From: Alphaproteobacteria bacterium | GTDB taxonomy: Bacteria; Pseudomonadota; Alphaproteobacteria; M2410 | Assembly: GCA_006226305.1 (NCBI GenBank) | Contig: SBHG01000147.1 | Span: forward strand, 775-64,774 | DNA length: 64,000 nucleotides | Reading direction: 5' to 3' | In this document: one piece after another, positions 41,577-51,342 of the stretch | How the letters are laid out: every line of letters begins with the position of its first letter | How positions within the stretch are numbered: position 1 is the first letter of the stretch | Translations under genes and position numbers: made by a program | Notes under the pieces: generated by a model | Databases searched by the model: none | What the model was told of the DNA's origin: nothing | Seen by the model: only the letters and a program-made list of their open reading frames with translations

Positions 41577-42253
41577 GCCTCTGCTCCTTCACGTGACAAG
41601 AGGGCACGAGCGGCCGCTTGTTCTGCCTTACGCTTTGAAGGTCCTTCTCCGACTTCCAAGTCCAGCATGCCAACACGCACAGCCACCCTAAAATGGGGCG
41701 CATGGTCGGGCCCCGACCGTTCAAGAACCTCATAGGACGGTGTAAGACTGTGTGTTTTATGTGCCCATTCCTGCAGCGCGGTTTTGGGATCTCTCGCCAC
41801 GACCTCAACCGCATCAATGCGGTCCCTCCAATATCGTGTGATGAAATCAGCCGCTGCCTCAAATCCACCGTCAAGATAAATAGCCGCAATTAGCGCCTCG
41901 CAGGCGTCCCCCAAGATTGCGTTCTTCTCGCGCCCGCCCGAACGCGCTTCCGCGTCATCCATAATGAGCGCGCCGCCAAGCCCCACCTGCCGCGCCACAT
42001 CAGCGCAGGTTTCTTTCCGAACCAACGCATTGAGACGGCGCGCCAAGCCCCCTTCCGCTGCATCTGGATAGTGGACGATCAGTTTGTCCGCTATCACGAG
42101 CCCCAAAACACGGTCGCCCAAAAATTCAAGCCGCTCGTTGTCCACATCCGGCGTAGCGCTCGAGTGGGTCAGCGCCAATTCAAACAGTTTAAGGTCCTGA
42201 AACCTGTATCCGATTTCTTCGGCGAGCTTGGCAAGGGACGACTTACGATCCAT
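41573..42253 (-). CDS. rnc: ribonuclease III
   Basis: ALTHSS......NERLEFLGDRVLGLV, plus a dsRBD. Start at MDRKSS (42253), downstream of the lepB stop. Confidence 0.92.
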   Translation of the reverse strand: MDRKSSLAKLAEEIGYRFQDLKLFELALTHSSATPDVDNERLEFLGDRVLGLVIADKLIVHYPDAAEGGLARRLNALVRKETCADVARQVGLGGALIMDDAEARSGGREKNAILGDACEALIAAIYLDGGFEAAADFITRYWRDRIDAVEVVARDPKTALQEWAHKTHSLTPSYEVLERSGPDHAPHFRVAVRVGMLDLEVGEGPSKRKAEQAAARALLSREGAEA

Positions 42254-42270
42254 CAATGGCAAACCTCCGC

Positions 42271-43119
42271 TCAAAGCCGTGTAAACAGACGATTGTAGCG
42301 GATTGCGCCCGGCCACTTCCAGATCTGCCAAAGCTTCGCCGAGCCGTCGACCGACATAAAGATCAACTCGGCGCGCCCAACAAGATTTTCCTCTGGCACA
42401 AAATTAACCCCGCCGCGCGGATCACGGCTGTCGGATGAATTATCTCGGTTGTCACCCATCATAAAATAGTGACCCTGCGGCACCGTGAAGACCCCAGTGT
42501 CGTCCAACGGCATATCCGGATATTCATCGAGCGTTTCGTGAAGAACACCATTGGGAAGCATTTCCATATACGCGCTGATTTCCGCTGAAAAGCCATTGCG
42601 CGGATCATCATCGAAAAAGGAGCCATCCGGCGTCTTGGAAACCGCCACCCCGTTTATATAGAGCACGCCCCGCTTCATTTGAATCTTGTCGCCAGGCAAT
42701 CCGATCAGCCGCTTGATAAAATCGGTTTTACCATCAGACGTTTTCTTGAAGACAACAATGTCGCCTCGCTTCGGCGTGGCTGCCAGGATCCGTCCGTCAA
42801 AAAGGTCAATGCCAGAGAAAAAACTTTTCGAGCTGTAACCATAGGAATATTTGGAGACAAAGACATAGTCGCCAATCAGCAATGTCGGTTTCATGCTGCC
42901 GGAGGGGATATTGAAGGGCTGGAATAAGAACCATTTGAACACAAATGCGATCACCAGAGCGCTGACCACAATCTCAATGATTTCCCGCGCCGGGTTTTTG
43001 TCGACTTCTGCGCTGTGCTCCTTAAGCGCTGCGCGCCGGTGCCGGATCGGCCTCAGCACCCACTTCTCAAACAACGCTTTGGCTTCTGACAGAAAGTCTT
43101 CAAGGTTTTTAGGGGCCAT
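42271..43119 (-). CDS. lepB: signal peptidase I
   Basis: FNIPSGSMKPTLLIGDYVFV...IKRLIGLPGD...GDNRDNSSDSR. Confidence 0.93.
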   Translation of the reverse strand: MAPKNLEDFLSEAKALFEKWVLRPIRHRRAALKEHSAEVDKNPAREIIEIVVSALVIAFVFKWFLFQPFNIPSGSMKPTLLIGDYVFVSKYSYGYSSKSFFSGIDLFDGRILAATPKRGDIVVFKKTSDGKTDFIKRLIGLPGDKIQMKRGVLYINGVAVSKTPDGSFFDDDPRNGFSAEISAYMEMLPNGVLHETLDEYPDMPLDDTGVFTVPQGHYFMMGDNRDNSSDSRDPRGGVNFVPEENLVGRAELIFMSVDGSAKLWQIWKWPGAIRYNRLFTRL

Positions 43120-43130
43120 GAAAAATACTC

Positions 43131-43547
43131 TTACCTTTGTTCCGGCGCATCAGCAGGCACGGCACTGATGATGACAATCGCCTGAGCGAGCGGGAAATCG
43201 TCTGTAATGGTCAAGTCAATCTGCGCGCGCATACCCTGTGGCGTCAGCTCTTCAAGCCGCCGCAAGGCGCCACCAGTAAGATTCATGGTGGGCTTGCCCG
43301 AGGGCAGGTTGACAACCCCCAGATCACGCCAATAAACGCTTTTGCGGAATCCGGTCCCCAGCGCTTTCGACATCGCCTCCTTGGCCGCAAATCGCTTGGC
43401 ATAACTGGCCGCTCGATTGTGCCGACGTTCAGATTTAGCTTGCTCAATCTCTGTGAAAAGCCGTTGCACAAACCGATCGCCAAAGCGTTCGAGGGTTATT
43501 TCGATCCGGCGGATGTCGATGAGGTCATTTCCAATGCCAATAATCAT
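43131..43547 (-). CDS. acpS: holo-[acyl-carrier-protein] synthase
   Basis: [16 protein letters not shown]...RFAAKEA.SKALGTG. Confidence 0.92.
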   Translation of the reverse strand: MIIGIGNDLIDIRRIEITLERFGDRFVQRLFTEIEQAKSERRHNRAASYAKRFAAKEAMSKALGTGFRKSVYWRDLGVVNLPSGKPTMNLTGGALRRLEELTPQGMRAQIDLTITDDFPLAQAIVIISAVPADAPEQR

Positions 43548-43553
43548 GTGATG

Positions 43554-44336
43554 TCAGGCCGTCCTGTTTCCAGAGATCTCGGCCCGCGCCTGATCCATCA
43601 GCGCTCGCATACGCTTGATCGCGCTCTCGAGGCCGCTAAAGATCGCTTCGCCAATCAGAAAATGCCCGATATTAAGCTCAACCACTTCAGGCACGCGGGC
43701 CAGCGCCCCAACTGTGTCAAAGGTGAGCCCATGGCCAGCGTGAACCTCAAGGCCCATAGCGGAGGCTTCCGCGGCGCCCTCCTCCAGCCGTTTTAAAAGA
43801 TCAGCGGCACGCGACAGATCTCCTTCGGACATCGCGTCACAATAGGCTCCGGTATGCAGCTCTACCACCTGCGCGCCCATGGCCACAGCAACCGCAAACT
43901 GCACTTTGCTCGGTTCGACAAAAAGCGAGACCCTTGAGCCATTGCTGGCCAGTCTTTCCACATAGTAACTGAGATGATTGTGATGGGCGGCGGCATCCAA
44001 ACCGCCCTCTGTCGTCAACTCTTCCCGTTTCTCCGGGACCAGACACACCGCATGAGGCTTATGCCGAAGCGCAATCTCCAGCATTTCTTCCGTCGCCGCC
44101 ATTTCCAGATTGAGGGGCAAACCCATTTCCGCCACCAGCCGGTCAATGTCACGATCAGAAATGTGCCGTCGGTCCTCGCGCAAATGCGCCGTAATCCCAT
44201 CAGCGCCGGCCTGGGCCGCTGTCACCGCCGCCCGAACCGGATCAGGATGACCGCCGCCACGGGCATTGCGGATTGTTGCCACGTGATCAATGTTGACCCC
44301 CAGCCTGATGGATCCTCCAACGCTACCCTTTTGCAT
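43554..44336 (-). CDS. pdxJ: pyridoxine 5'-phosphate synthase
   Basis: LGVNIDHVATIRNARGG.HPDPV...GITAHLREDRRHI...NLEMA...ELHTG.Y...HAGHGL. Confidence 0.94.
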   Translation of the reverse strand: MQKGSVGGSIRLGVNIDHVATIRNARGGGHPDPVRAAVTAAQAGADGITAHLREDRRHISDRDIDRLVAEMGLPLNLEMAATEEMLEIALRHKPHAVCLVPEKREELTTEGGLDAAAHHNHLSYYVERLASNGSRVSLFVEPSKVQFAVAVAMGAQVVELHTGAYCDAMSEGDLSRAADLLKRLEEGAAEASAMGLEVHAGHGLTFDTVGALARVPEVVELNIGHFLIGEAIFSGLESAIKRMRALMDQARAEISGNRTA

Positions 44337-44370
44337 GATAAAACCGTTATAACCTATTTAAAATAAGGCG

Positions 44371-44955
44371 TTATTTTAAACCACGACTGCCTGGCTTTAC
44401 AGCAGGAATATCCTGCAAATGCACCGGCAAATCACTTGGGTCCCAGGATTGTATATTGAGACCCGCCAGAGAGACCAGCTTTGTTCCTATGCGGGCCTTG
44501 CCGCCGGAACGATCGATCAGGCAAGCCCCGCCCACGACGACACCCCCTTCGGCGCGAATCGCATCAATGCACTCTTTCGAGGAAAGGCCGGTGGTTACAA
44601 TATCTTCCACCATGAGGCATTTGGCGCGTTTGGGAATATCAAACCCACGACGCAGCGCAAATTCTCCCTCCACCCGCTCAAAGAAAATTCCCGGAACGCC
44701 GAGCTGCCGGGCCATCTCATAGCCCACAACCACACCCCCCATGGCAGGCGAGACCACCAAATCAATCTCCTTACGCAGAGTTTCCTTTACCTTTCGAGCC
44801 AGTGCCCGACAAAGCCTGGCCCCACGTTTGGGATCCATCATCACGCGCGCGCATTGTAGATAGCGGTCACTATGGCGCCCGGAGGACAGAACAAAATGCC
44901 CCTCCAAGAGAGCTCCTGCCGCGCGAAATTCTTTCAAGACCCTTTCTTGATTCAT
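44371..44955 (-). CDS. pyrE: orotate phosphoribosyltransferase
   Basis: GHFVLSSGRHSD.Y...LMVEDIVTTGLS (PRPP-binding motif). Confidence 0.88.
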   Translation of the reverse strand: MNQERVLKEFRAAGALLEGHFVLSSGRHSDRYLQCARVMMDPKRGARLCRALARKVKETLRKEIDLVVSPAMGGVVVGYEMARQLGVPGIFFERVEGEFALRRGFDIPKRAKCLMVEDIVTTGLSSKECIDAIRAEGGVVVGGACLIDRSGGKARIGTKLVSLAGLNIQSWDPSDLPVHLQDIPAVKPGSRGLK

Positions 44956-45000
44956 GGATTGACTGCCTTTCTGAAATCGGAAGCGCGTTTTTGCCTCTTA

Positions 45001-47166
45001 TCATCCGCGCATCCGGCGAACATTTTTAATAAGTTCAGAGGCACGAAGCGCCGCAACAATGTTGCTCAAGTGCTTAACATCTTCTACTTCAATATCAACC
45101 TCTACATTGAAGAAGTCCTCGCGCCGCTCGGCAAAATTCATATTCATGATATTGCCCTCATATTCGGCAATTCGGGAGGTCAGGGCCGCAAGGGCACCCA
45201 TCTCATTATTCAAAACAACCCTCAGACGGCCCACCATCCTTATCTCACCAGCGTCCTCTTTGCTCTGCCAGGCCAGATCAATCCATTCCTCGCCGGATTC
45301 CTGATGTTTGGCCAACGTTCCGCAATCAATGGTGTGAACGATAATTCCCTTGCCCGATTCCAGAATTCCGACAATCCGGTCCCCGGGAATTGGATGGCAG
45401 CACTGGGCAAAATGAACCGCCAGTCCGGCCTTCAGGCCCTTAATCGGGACCGACTTGGGTTCGGTCCTTGAAAGCCCAACCGCTGACCGGAGCGTATCGC
45501 GCGCGCGCCGCGCCCGACTGCGAAACCCGGGAAACACAGCCTGAAAGACATCACTTGCCCCCAAAACATTGGAGCCAACGCGGAAGAGCATCTCGTCCAC
45601 ATCCGGCAGCGACAAGCGCTCCGCAGCCACACTCAGAGCTTTCTCGGTCAGCTCTTGCTCTTCACTTTCAAAAGCCGTCGCAACAAGTTGTCGCCCCAAC
45701 TTGACGAAATCCGTGCGCTTTGATTCCCGAATGAACCGCCGAATGGCCGACCGGGCCTTGCCCGTCACCACGATCTCGGCCCACATGGGCTCCGGCGTCT
45801 GTGCCTTCGATCGCAGAATCTCTACCGCATCACCATTGCGCAAGATGGTGTGAAGCGGCACGGTTGCTCCGTTGACCTTGGCGCCGACGCAAGTGTCACC
45901 CACATCCGTATGCACCGCATAGGCAAAGTCCACAGGGGTCGCTCCCTTGGGCAAGGCAATCAAATCCCCCTTCGGGGTGAAACAGAAAACCTGATCCAGA
46001 AAAAGCTCCAACTTGGAATTCTCAAGAAATTCCTCCGGTGACCCCTCGTGCGCCAGGAGCTCCGAAATCCGGTTCAAAAACTTACTGGCATCAAACGCCA
46101 CTTTGCCGGCGCCATTGCCATTTTTCCCGGGCTGATCCTTGTAGGACCAATGGGCCGCAACGCCATGCTCCGCCACGTCATGCATTTCCTGGGTTCGGAT
46201 CTGCAGCTCAACTTTCTGCCGCTCCGGACCCCAAACCGTCGTGTGAATGGACTGATAGCCATTTGATTTCGGAGTTGAGACATAGTCCTTGAACCGACCC
46301 GGAACGATCCGCCAACGCTGGTGCACAACCCCCAGCGCTCGATAACATTCATCAACAGATTTGCAGATGACCCGGAATCCCATGATGTCGGGCAGCTCCT
46401 CAAACGTAATCTCTTTCCGCTGAAGTTTTCGCCAAATCGAAAACGGTTTCTTCTGCCGACCAACAACGCGGGCTTCTATACCCTTAGCGCTGAGGACCTG
46501 GGTAATCTCATTGCAGATCCGATCAATACGTCCATCGCTTTCCTTCGTCAGAAACTCGAGCCGTTTCAGAATGCTCTCCCGGGCACCCGGATTGATCTCC
46601 TGAAACGCCAGATCCTCAAGCTCGTCACGGAAATCCTGCATACCGATCCGGCCTGCCAGCGGCGCATAAATATCAATTGTCTCCTGGGCGATCCGCTTGC
46701 GGCTTGCTTCCCGGGGGTGATGGCTGAGCGTGCGCATATTGTGCAGGCGGTCGGCAAGTTTTACCAACAGCACGCGCACGTCCTTCGACATGGCCATCAT
46801 AAATTTGCGGAAGTTTTCTGCTTGTTTGGTTTCTTCCGACGAAAGCTCAAGCAGCGACAGCTTGGTCACACCATCGACGAGCCCTGCCACCCGCTCGCCA
46901 AACATGCCGCGGATCTCTTCCAGGGTCGCATCGGTATCCTCGACCGTGTCATGCAACAAGGCGGTTATAATCGTGTCGGAATCCAGTTTCAGGTCCGTCA
47001 GGATCCCGGCCACCTCAATCGGGTGTGAGAAGTAGGGGTCACCCGAATGGCGGGTCTGATGCCCATGCATCTTGGTGCCATAAACATAGGCGCGGTTAAG
47101 CCCCGCCTCGTCCGCATTGCGGTCGTACGCCAAAACGCGATCTACCAGCTCATACTGGCGGATCAT
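45001..47166 (-). CDS. spoT: bifunctional (p)ppGpp synthetase/hydrolase (RSH, SpoT/Rel)
   Basis: HD hydrolase domain (GDPYFSHPIEVA..L...D..TI.AALLHDTVEDT), synthetase domain (YQSIHTTV...E.QIRT.EMH), then TGS and ACT. GGAGG lies upstream of the ATG at 47166. Confidence 0.93.
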   Translation of the reverse strand: MIRQYELVDRVLAYDRNADEAGLNRAYVYGTKMHGHQTRHSGDPYFSHPIEVAGILTDLKLDSDTIITALLHDTVEDTDATLEEIRGMFGERVAGLVDGVTKLSLLELSSEETKQAENFRKFMMAMSKDVRVLLVKLADRLHNMRTLSHHPREASRKRIAQETIDIYAPLAGRIGMQDFRDELEDLAFQEINPGARESILKRLEFLTKESDGRIDRICNEITQVLSAKGIEARVVGRQKKPFSIWRKLQRKEITFEELPDIMGFRVICKSVDECYRALGVVHQRWRIVPGRFKDYVSTPKSNGYQSIHTTVWGPERQKVELQIRTQEMHDVAEHGVAAHWSYKDQPGKNGNGAGKVAFDASKFLNRISELLAHEGSPEEFLENSKLELFLDQVFCFTPKGDLIALPKGATPVDFAYAVHTDVGDTCVGAKVNGATVPLHTILRNGDAVEILRSKAQTPEPMWAEIVVTGKARSAIRRFIRESKRTDFVKLGRQLVATAFESEEQELTEKALSVAAERLSLPDVDEMLFRVGSNVLGASDVFQAVFPGFRSRARRARDTLRSAVGLSRTEPKSVPIKGLKAGLAVHFAQCCHPIPGDRIVGILESGKGIIVHTIDCGTLAKHQESGEEWIDLAWQSKEDAGEIRMVGRLRVVLNNEMGALAALTSRIAEYEGNIMNMNFAERREDFFNVEVDIEVEDVKHLSNIVAALRASELIKNVRRMRG

Positions 47167-47216
47167 AGGAGACCTCCTTCTTCAGTGTCAGAAGGCCATG
47201 ATATAGAAATTGATTT

Positions 47217-47243
47217 AAAAAAAGCCAGTCGAAAGCTTCGACT
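47217..47243 (-). terminator. candidate intrinsic terminator/attenuator between rpoZ and spoT
   Basis: On the minus strand: AGUCGAA-GCU-UUCGACU (47227-47243), then GGC and U7 (47217-47223). It starts 8 nt after the rpoZ stop. Confidence 0.5.
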
Positions 47244-47250
47244 TTGTGTC

Positions 47251-47625
47251 TTAGGCCCCGAAGCCTGAACCACCAATCGGTCCTTCGGTTCTGAGCGCCC
47301 GCAAAAGGTCCGCTTCGGTCAGCGGAGACGGCTCGGGCAGATCCGGGCGGCTTTCGCCCATCAGGGCGGCCATATTGTCTTCTTCCGGCTCATCCACTTC
47401 GATGTGTTTTTGCATCGAGGAAATCAGCTCTTCTTCCAATACTTCCGGCGGAATGGCCTCTTCTGCAATCTCGCGCAGCGCAACAACCGGGTTCTTGTCA
47501 TTGTCGCGGTCGACCGTAATGGCTTCGCCGGACGAAATCGACCGTGCCCGCTGGGATGCCAGAAGCACCAGCTGGAACCGGTTTTGAACCTTATCGACGC
47601 AATCTTCTACGGTAACACGTGCCAT
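47251..47625 (-). CDS. rpoZ: DNA-directed RNA polymerase subunit omega
   Basis: [28 protein letters not shown]. Confidence 0.95.
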   Translation of the reverse strand: MARVTVEDCVDKVQNRFQLVLLASQRARSISSGEAITVDRDNDKNPVVALREIAEEAIPPEVLEEELISSMQKHIEVDEPEEDNMAALMGESRPDLPEPSPLTEADLLRALRTEGPIGGSGFGA

Positions 47626-47735
47626 TGGGGGTATTCTCCATGAGCCAAATGCAAGAGCCTGTAACAGGGACTGGCTTGTTTAGGCGGTTGGCTCGGCGAA
47701 TGCAAGACTTTGGCCGCCAAAAATCCACCGAATCC

Positions 47736-48236
47736 TCACAAAACATCGACTTTTTGGGTCGGATCGAGCTTTTTCAGGAGATCTGAGCCCTTTTCTCCGG
47801 ACGTCGGATGGCGCCAGTCCGGGGCAATATCAAGGAGCGGTTGCAGGACAAACCCCCGCTCGGCGGCCCTGGGATGGGGCAGATGCAGGGTCAAACCGTC
47901 CCTGTCAAGGTCGGCCACCAGACCATCAAAATCGACAATATCCAGGTCGAGAACCCTGGGCCCCCACCGCTCCCGGCGCTCACGACCAAACTCTGCCTCC
48001 AAATCAAGCAGGACACTTAGGAGTTCCAGGGGCCCAAGCCGGGTCGAAATCTCTGCAATTCCGTTCACAAAATCCGGCTGATCTGTGAGCCCGACCGCCG
48101 ATGTCCGATACCAGCGCGAGCGTTGCACCACTTCAATGTCTCGGCGCAAATTTAGCACCGCAAGCGCTGCCTCCAGCGTCACCTCCGGGCCCCCTTTTTC
48201 CGAGGGAATATTTGCGCCCAGTCCAATCAGGATCAT
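47736..48236 (-). CDS. folK: 2-amino-4-hydroxy-6-hydroxymethyldihydropteridine diphosphokinase
   Basis: MILIGLGANI...RSRWYRT.AVG...F.N.....T.L.P.ELL..L..IE...GR.R..RWGPR.LDLDI. ATG at 48236; the track's 48470 start adds an implausible 78-aa leader. Confidence 0.88.
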   Translation of the reverse strand: MILIGLGANIPSEKGGPEVTLEAALAVLNLRRDIEVVQRSRWYRTSAVGLTDQPDFVNGIAEISTRLGPLELLSVLLDLEAEFGRERRERWGPRVLDLDIVDFDGLVADLDRDGLTLHLPHPRAAERGFVLQPLLDIAPDWRHPTSGEKGSDLLKKLDPTQKVDVL

Positions 48237-48347
48237 TTTGCAATTGCTCTTATTTGTGTCTCGTTTCAGGGGATCGAGTCTTGCTATCCCCATTCCCCTT
48301 AAGGCACAAGGAGAGAAACCAGCGATTCCTGCAAGAAAGAGGTCCCC

Positions 48348-49013
48348 TTGGCAAAATCCCGACTTCAACCCCAGGGCAAATCCCCGGCAGAACCCTCCTA
48401 TGACTGCGACCTCTGCCCGCGTCTGGCGGCTTTCCACGAAGAAAACCGGCAGAAGTTTCCTGCCTATCATAACGGCCCGGTCGCCTCATTCGGCGATACC
48501 GATGCGCGGCTGCTCATTGTCGGTCTGGCGCCAGGACTGCACGGGGCCAATCAGACATCCCGGCCGTTCACCGGCGACTACGCCGGAGACCTTTTGTACG
48601 AAACCCTGGGCAAATTCGGCTTTGCCGCCGGAACCTATCAGGCGCGCATCGATGACGGCCTGGCGGTCACAGATTGCATGATCACCAACGCGGTGCGCTG
48701 TGTCCCGCCGCAAAACAAGCCAGTCGGCTCCGAAATCGCCAACTGCCGCCCCTTTCTAGTGGCCCGCATCAAGTCCCTAAAAAAGCTGAAGGTCATAATG
48801 GCTCTGGGCCGCATCGCCCATGAGAGCGTCATTAAGACCTTGGAGCTTCGGCAAAAGGATTTCCCATTCGCTCACAACAGACTGCATGACCTTGGAGAAG
48901 GGCTGACGCTGATCGACAGCTACCACTGCTCGCGCTACAACACGAACACAGGGCGCTTAACCCCAGAGATGTTTGAAGATGTATTTCGCAGCATCCGCGA
49001 TCAAATTACTTGA
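48348..49013 (+). CDS. uracil-DNA glycosylase superfamily protein (family 4/5-like)
   Basis: CDLCPRL......LLIVGLAPGLHGANQTSRPFTGDYAGDLLY...NAVRCVPP.NKP. TTG start with AGAGG 5 nt upstream. Confidence 0.8.
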   Translation: MAKSRLQPQGKSPAEPSYDCDLCPRLAAFHEENRQKFPAYHNGPVASFGDTDARLLIVGLAPGLHGANQTSRPFTGDYAGDLLYETLGKFGFAAGTYQARIDDGLAVTDCMITNAVRCVPPQNKPVGSEIANCRPFLVARIKSLKKLKVIMALGRIAHESVIKTLELRQKDFPFAHNRLHDLGEGLTLIDSYHCSRYNTNTGRLTPEMFEDVFRSIRDQIT

Positions 49014-49722
49014 GGGTATCCCAATCGGGACCCGGCACCGTTTCTTCAACCGGTCCATTTGAGTAGCGCTCTTCTTTCCAGGGATCGCCTTCGTTGTGAT
49101 AGCCGCGCACCTCCCAGAACCCTGGCTGATCCTCGTCCACAAACTCTATTCGCTTCAGCCACTTCGCGCTCTTCCACAAATACCATTTGGGAATGATGAC
49201 GCGAACAGGGCCGCCGTGTTCTCGTGTGATCGGTTTACCCTCCCAGGTATGGGCGAGCAGAACATCGTCATCGGCGAAGACCGAAAGTTTTACGTTTGTC
49301 GTATAGCCATCAAAAGAATGAAAGATCACATGATTGGCTTTATGGAGCGGCCGCACGAGATTGAGAATGTCGCGCGCGGAAACCCCGACCCAGCGATTGT
49401 CGTACCGGCTCCACTGGGTCACGCAGTGCATATCCGAAACAAATTCGGATTGCGGCTGAGCCATGAAATCGTCAAATGACCACTGGATTGTTTCGGCCAC
49501 CAAGCCATCAACAGTCAGCTGCCAGCTTGCTGCATCAATGACAGGCTGCACACCCAGATCCAGAACCGGCCAGTTTTCCACCAGACGCTGCCCCGGCGGT
49601 AGACGGTTTTCCCTGGCCTCATCCGTCTTGCCGGTTAGAAGACGCCCGTCCTGCGCCCATTTCTCCTTGGACTTGATGAGCTTTTCCTTGATCTCGCCTT
49701 CAACTTTCGTTTCGTCCGCCAT
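49006..49722 (-). CDS. sulfite-oxidase-like molybdopterin-binding oxidoreductase
   Basis: LPPGQ....WPVLDLG..P......W.L.V.GLV.....W....F.......SDMHCVT.WSR.DN.W.G (Mo-ligand Cys context). Confidence 0.82.
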   Translation of the reverse strand: MADETKVEGEIKEKLIKSKEKWAQDGRLLTGKTDEARENRLPPGQRLVENWPVLDLGVQPVIDAASWQLTVDGLVAETIQWSFDDFMAQPQSEFVSDMHCVTQWSRYDNRWVGVSARDILNLVRPLHKANHVIFHSFDGYTTNVKLSVFADDDVLLAHTWEGKPITREHGGPVRVIIPKWYLWKSAKWLKRIEFVDEDQPGFWEVRGYHNEGDPWKEERYSNGPVEETVPGPDWDTLK

Positions 49723-49725
49723 GCC

Positions 49726-50202
49726 TCATCCCTTCTCGCGCAACAGCCGCGCTTTGTCTCGTGCCCATGAGCGATCTTTATCGGTTTGCCGCTTGTCATG
49801 CAGCTTCTTGCCCTTGGCAAGTCCAAGCTCCACCTTGGCGCGGCCCCGTTCATTAAAGTACAGCTTTAGAGGCACGAGTGTCATGCCCCCGCGCTGAACG
49901 CCTTGTGCCAGCCTGGCAATTTCTCGCTTGTGCAGCAAGAGTTTCCGGGGACGGCGCGGTTCGTGGTTGAACCGGTTACCGCCTTCATATTCCGGGATAT
50001 AAGCATTGATCAGGTAAAGCGCCCCATTTTCAACCGACGCATAGGACTCAGCAATATTGGACTTGCCCGTCCGCAAGCTTTTCACTTCAGTACCTTGAAG
50101 CATGATCCCCGCTTCCACCGTGTCTTCGATGAAATAGTTGTGGCGCGCCTTGCGGTTCTCCGCCACCACTTTCTGAACCGCATTTGATTTAGACTTGGTC
50201 AT
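49726..50202 (-). CDS. smpB: SsrA-binding protein
   Basis: [27 protein letters not shown].....I.ESYA...[13 protein letters not shown]. Confidence 0.95.
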   Translation of the reverse strand: MTKSKSNAVQKVVAENRKARHNYFIEDTVEAGIMLQGTEVKSLRTGKSNIAESYASVENGALYLINAYIPEYEGGNRFNHEPRRPRKLLLHKREIARLAQGVQRGGMTLVPLKLYFNERGRAKVELGLAKGKKLHDKRQTDKDRSWARDKARLLREKG

Positions 50203-50219
50203 GACAATCGATAAGTGCC

Positions 50220-51116
50220 TTAGGGCGCACTCACATCAAGCCCGGCCTGCTTCATGGCGGCAAGCACCTTCGCCTCAGCCTCTTTACTGGCGGGCACAAG
50301 AGGAAGCCGTAATTCGTTGGCGCACTTGCCAAGCACCGACAAGGCAAATTTGACAGGTGCCGGACTGGGTTCACAGAACAGAGCACTGTGCAACCCAAAA
50401 AGCTTGTCTTGAAGTGCAAGAGCATCGTCATAGCGCCCTTCCAGCGTCGCGATCTGAAACTGCGAGCAGAGGTCAGGCGCCACATTCGCTGTCACCGAGA
50501 TGCAGCCAACACCACCATGGGCGTTAAAGGCCAGAGCAGTGCCGTCTTCGCCGGAAAGTTGTACGAATTCTGGCCCCATGGCTGCACGCTGCTTGGAAAC
50601 ACGGGTTATGTCCCCCGTCGCGTCTTTAATGCCGACAATGTTTGGCAGGTCAAACAGGCGCGTCAAAGTTTCAACACTGATATCAACGATGGAGCGCCCT
50701 GGAATATTGTAAATGATGATCGGGATATCAGCAGCGTCATTGATGGCTTTATAATGCTGATAAAGCCCCTCCTGGTTGGGCTTGTTGTAATAAGGCGCGA
50801 CGACCAGCACCGCATCGGCGCCCGAGGTCTCAGCCGAGCGGGTCAGCGAAATTGCCTCTTCGGTGGAATTGGACCCGGCCCCTGCAATAACCGGCACACG
50901 GCCCCCTGCCGCTTCAATGCACAGAGCCACCACGCGCTCATGCTCATCGTGGCTCAAGGTCGGCGATTCACCGGTTGTCCCCACCGGAACCAGCCCATGT
51001 GTGCCACTTTGAACTTGCCACTCAACCAGTTCCTGAAAGGCGCGCTCGTCCAGGGCGCCATCCTTAAACGGGGTCACCAGCGCTACGATGGATCCTCTGA
51101 GGGGCTTTATGGACAT
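50220..51116 (-). CDS. dapA: 4-hydroxy-tetrahydrodipicolinate synthase
   Basis: [10 protein letters not shown].....D......LVEWQ...[19 protein letters not shown]...YNKP...YNIPGRS. Confidence 0.94.
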   Translation of the reverse strand: MSIKPLRGSIVALVTPFKDGALDERAFQELVEWQVQSGTHGLVPVGTTGESPTLSHDEHERVVALCIEAAGGRVPVIAGAGSNSTEEAISLTRSAETSGADAVLVVAPYYNKPNQEGLYQHYKAINDAADIPIIIYNIPGRSIVDISVETLTRLFDLPNIVGIKDATGDITRVSKQRAAMGPEFVQLSGEDGTALAFNAHGGVGCISVTANVAPDLCSQFQIATLEGRYDDALALQDKLFGLHSALFCEPSPAPVKFALSVLGKCANELRLPLVPASKEAEAKVLAAMKQAGLDVSAP

Positions 51117-51342
51117 GGGCTCATCCCTAAAAATGGAGGTTTTTCAATCATTTCCCGGCGAGAGATATGGGCTTTCTTGCCCCCTCCCGTCAAGGTTAAT
51201 TAGGCGCATCTCCCCTATAACAAAGTCGCCACGAGAGATGGCGGGGATCTTGCAAAAAATCCCGCTGAACCGCTAGCCGAACGTGCAATCCCGGGTTAGA
51301 CTTTGTTTCTGGCGTGGGGGAAAACAGTTACCAGGGGAAGAT

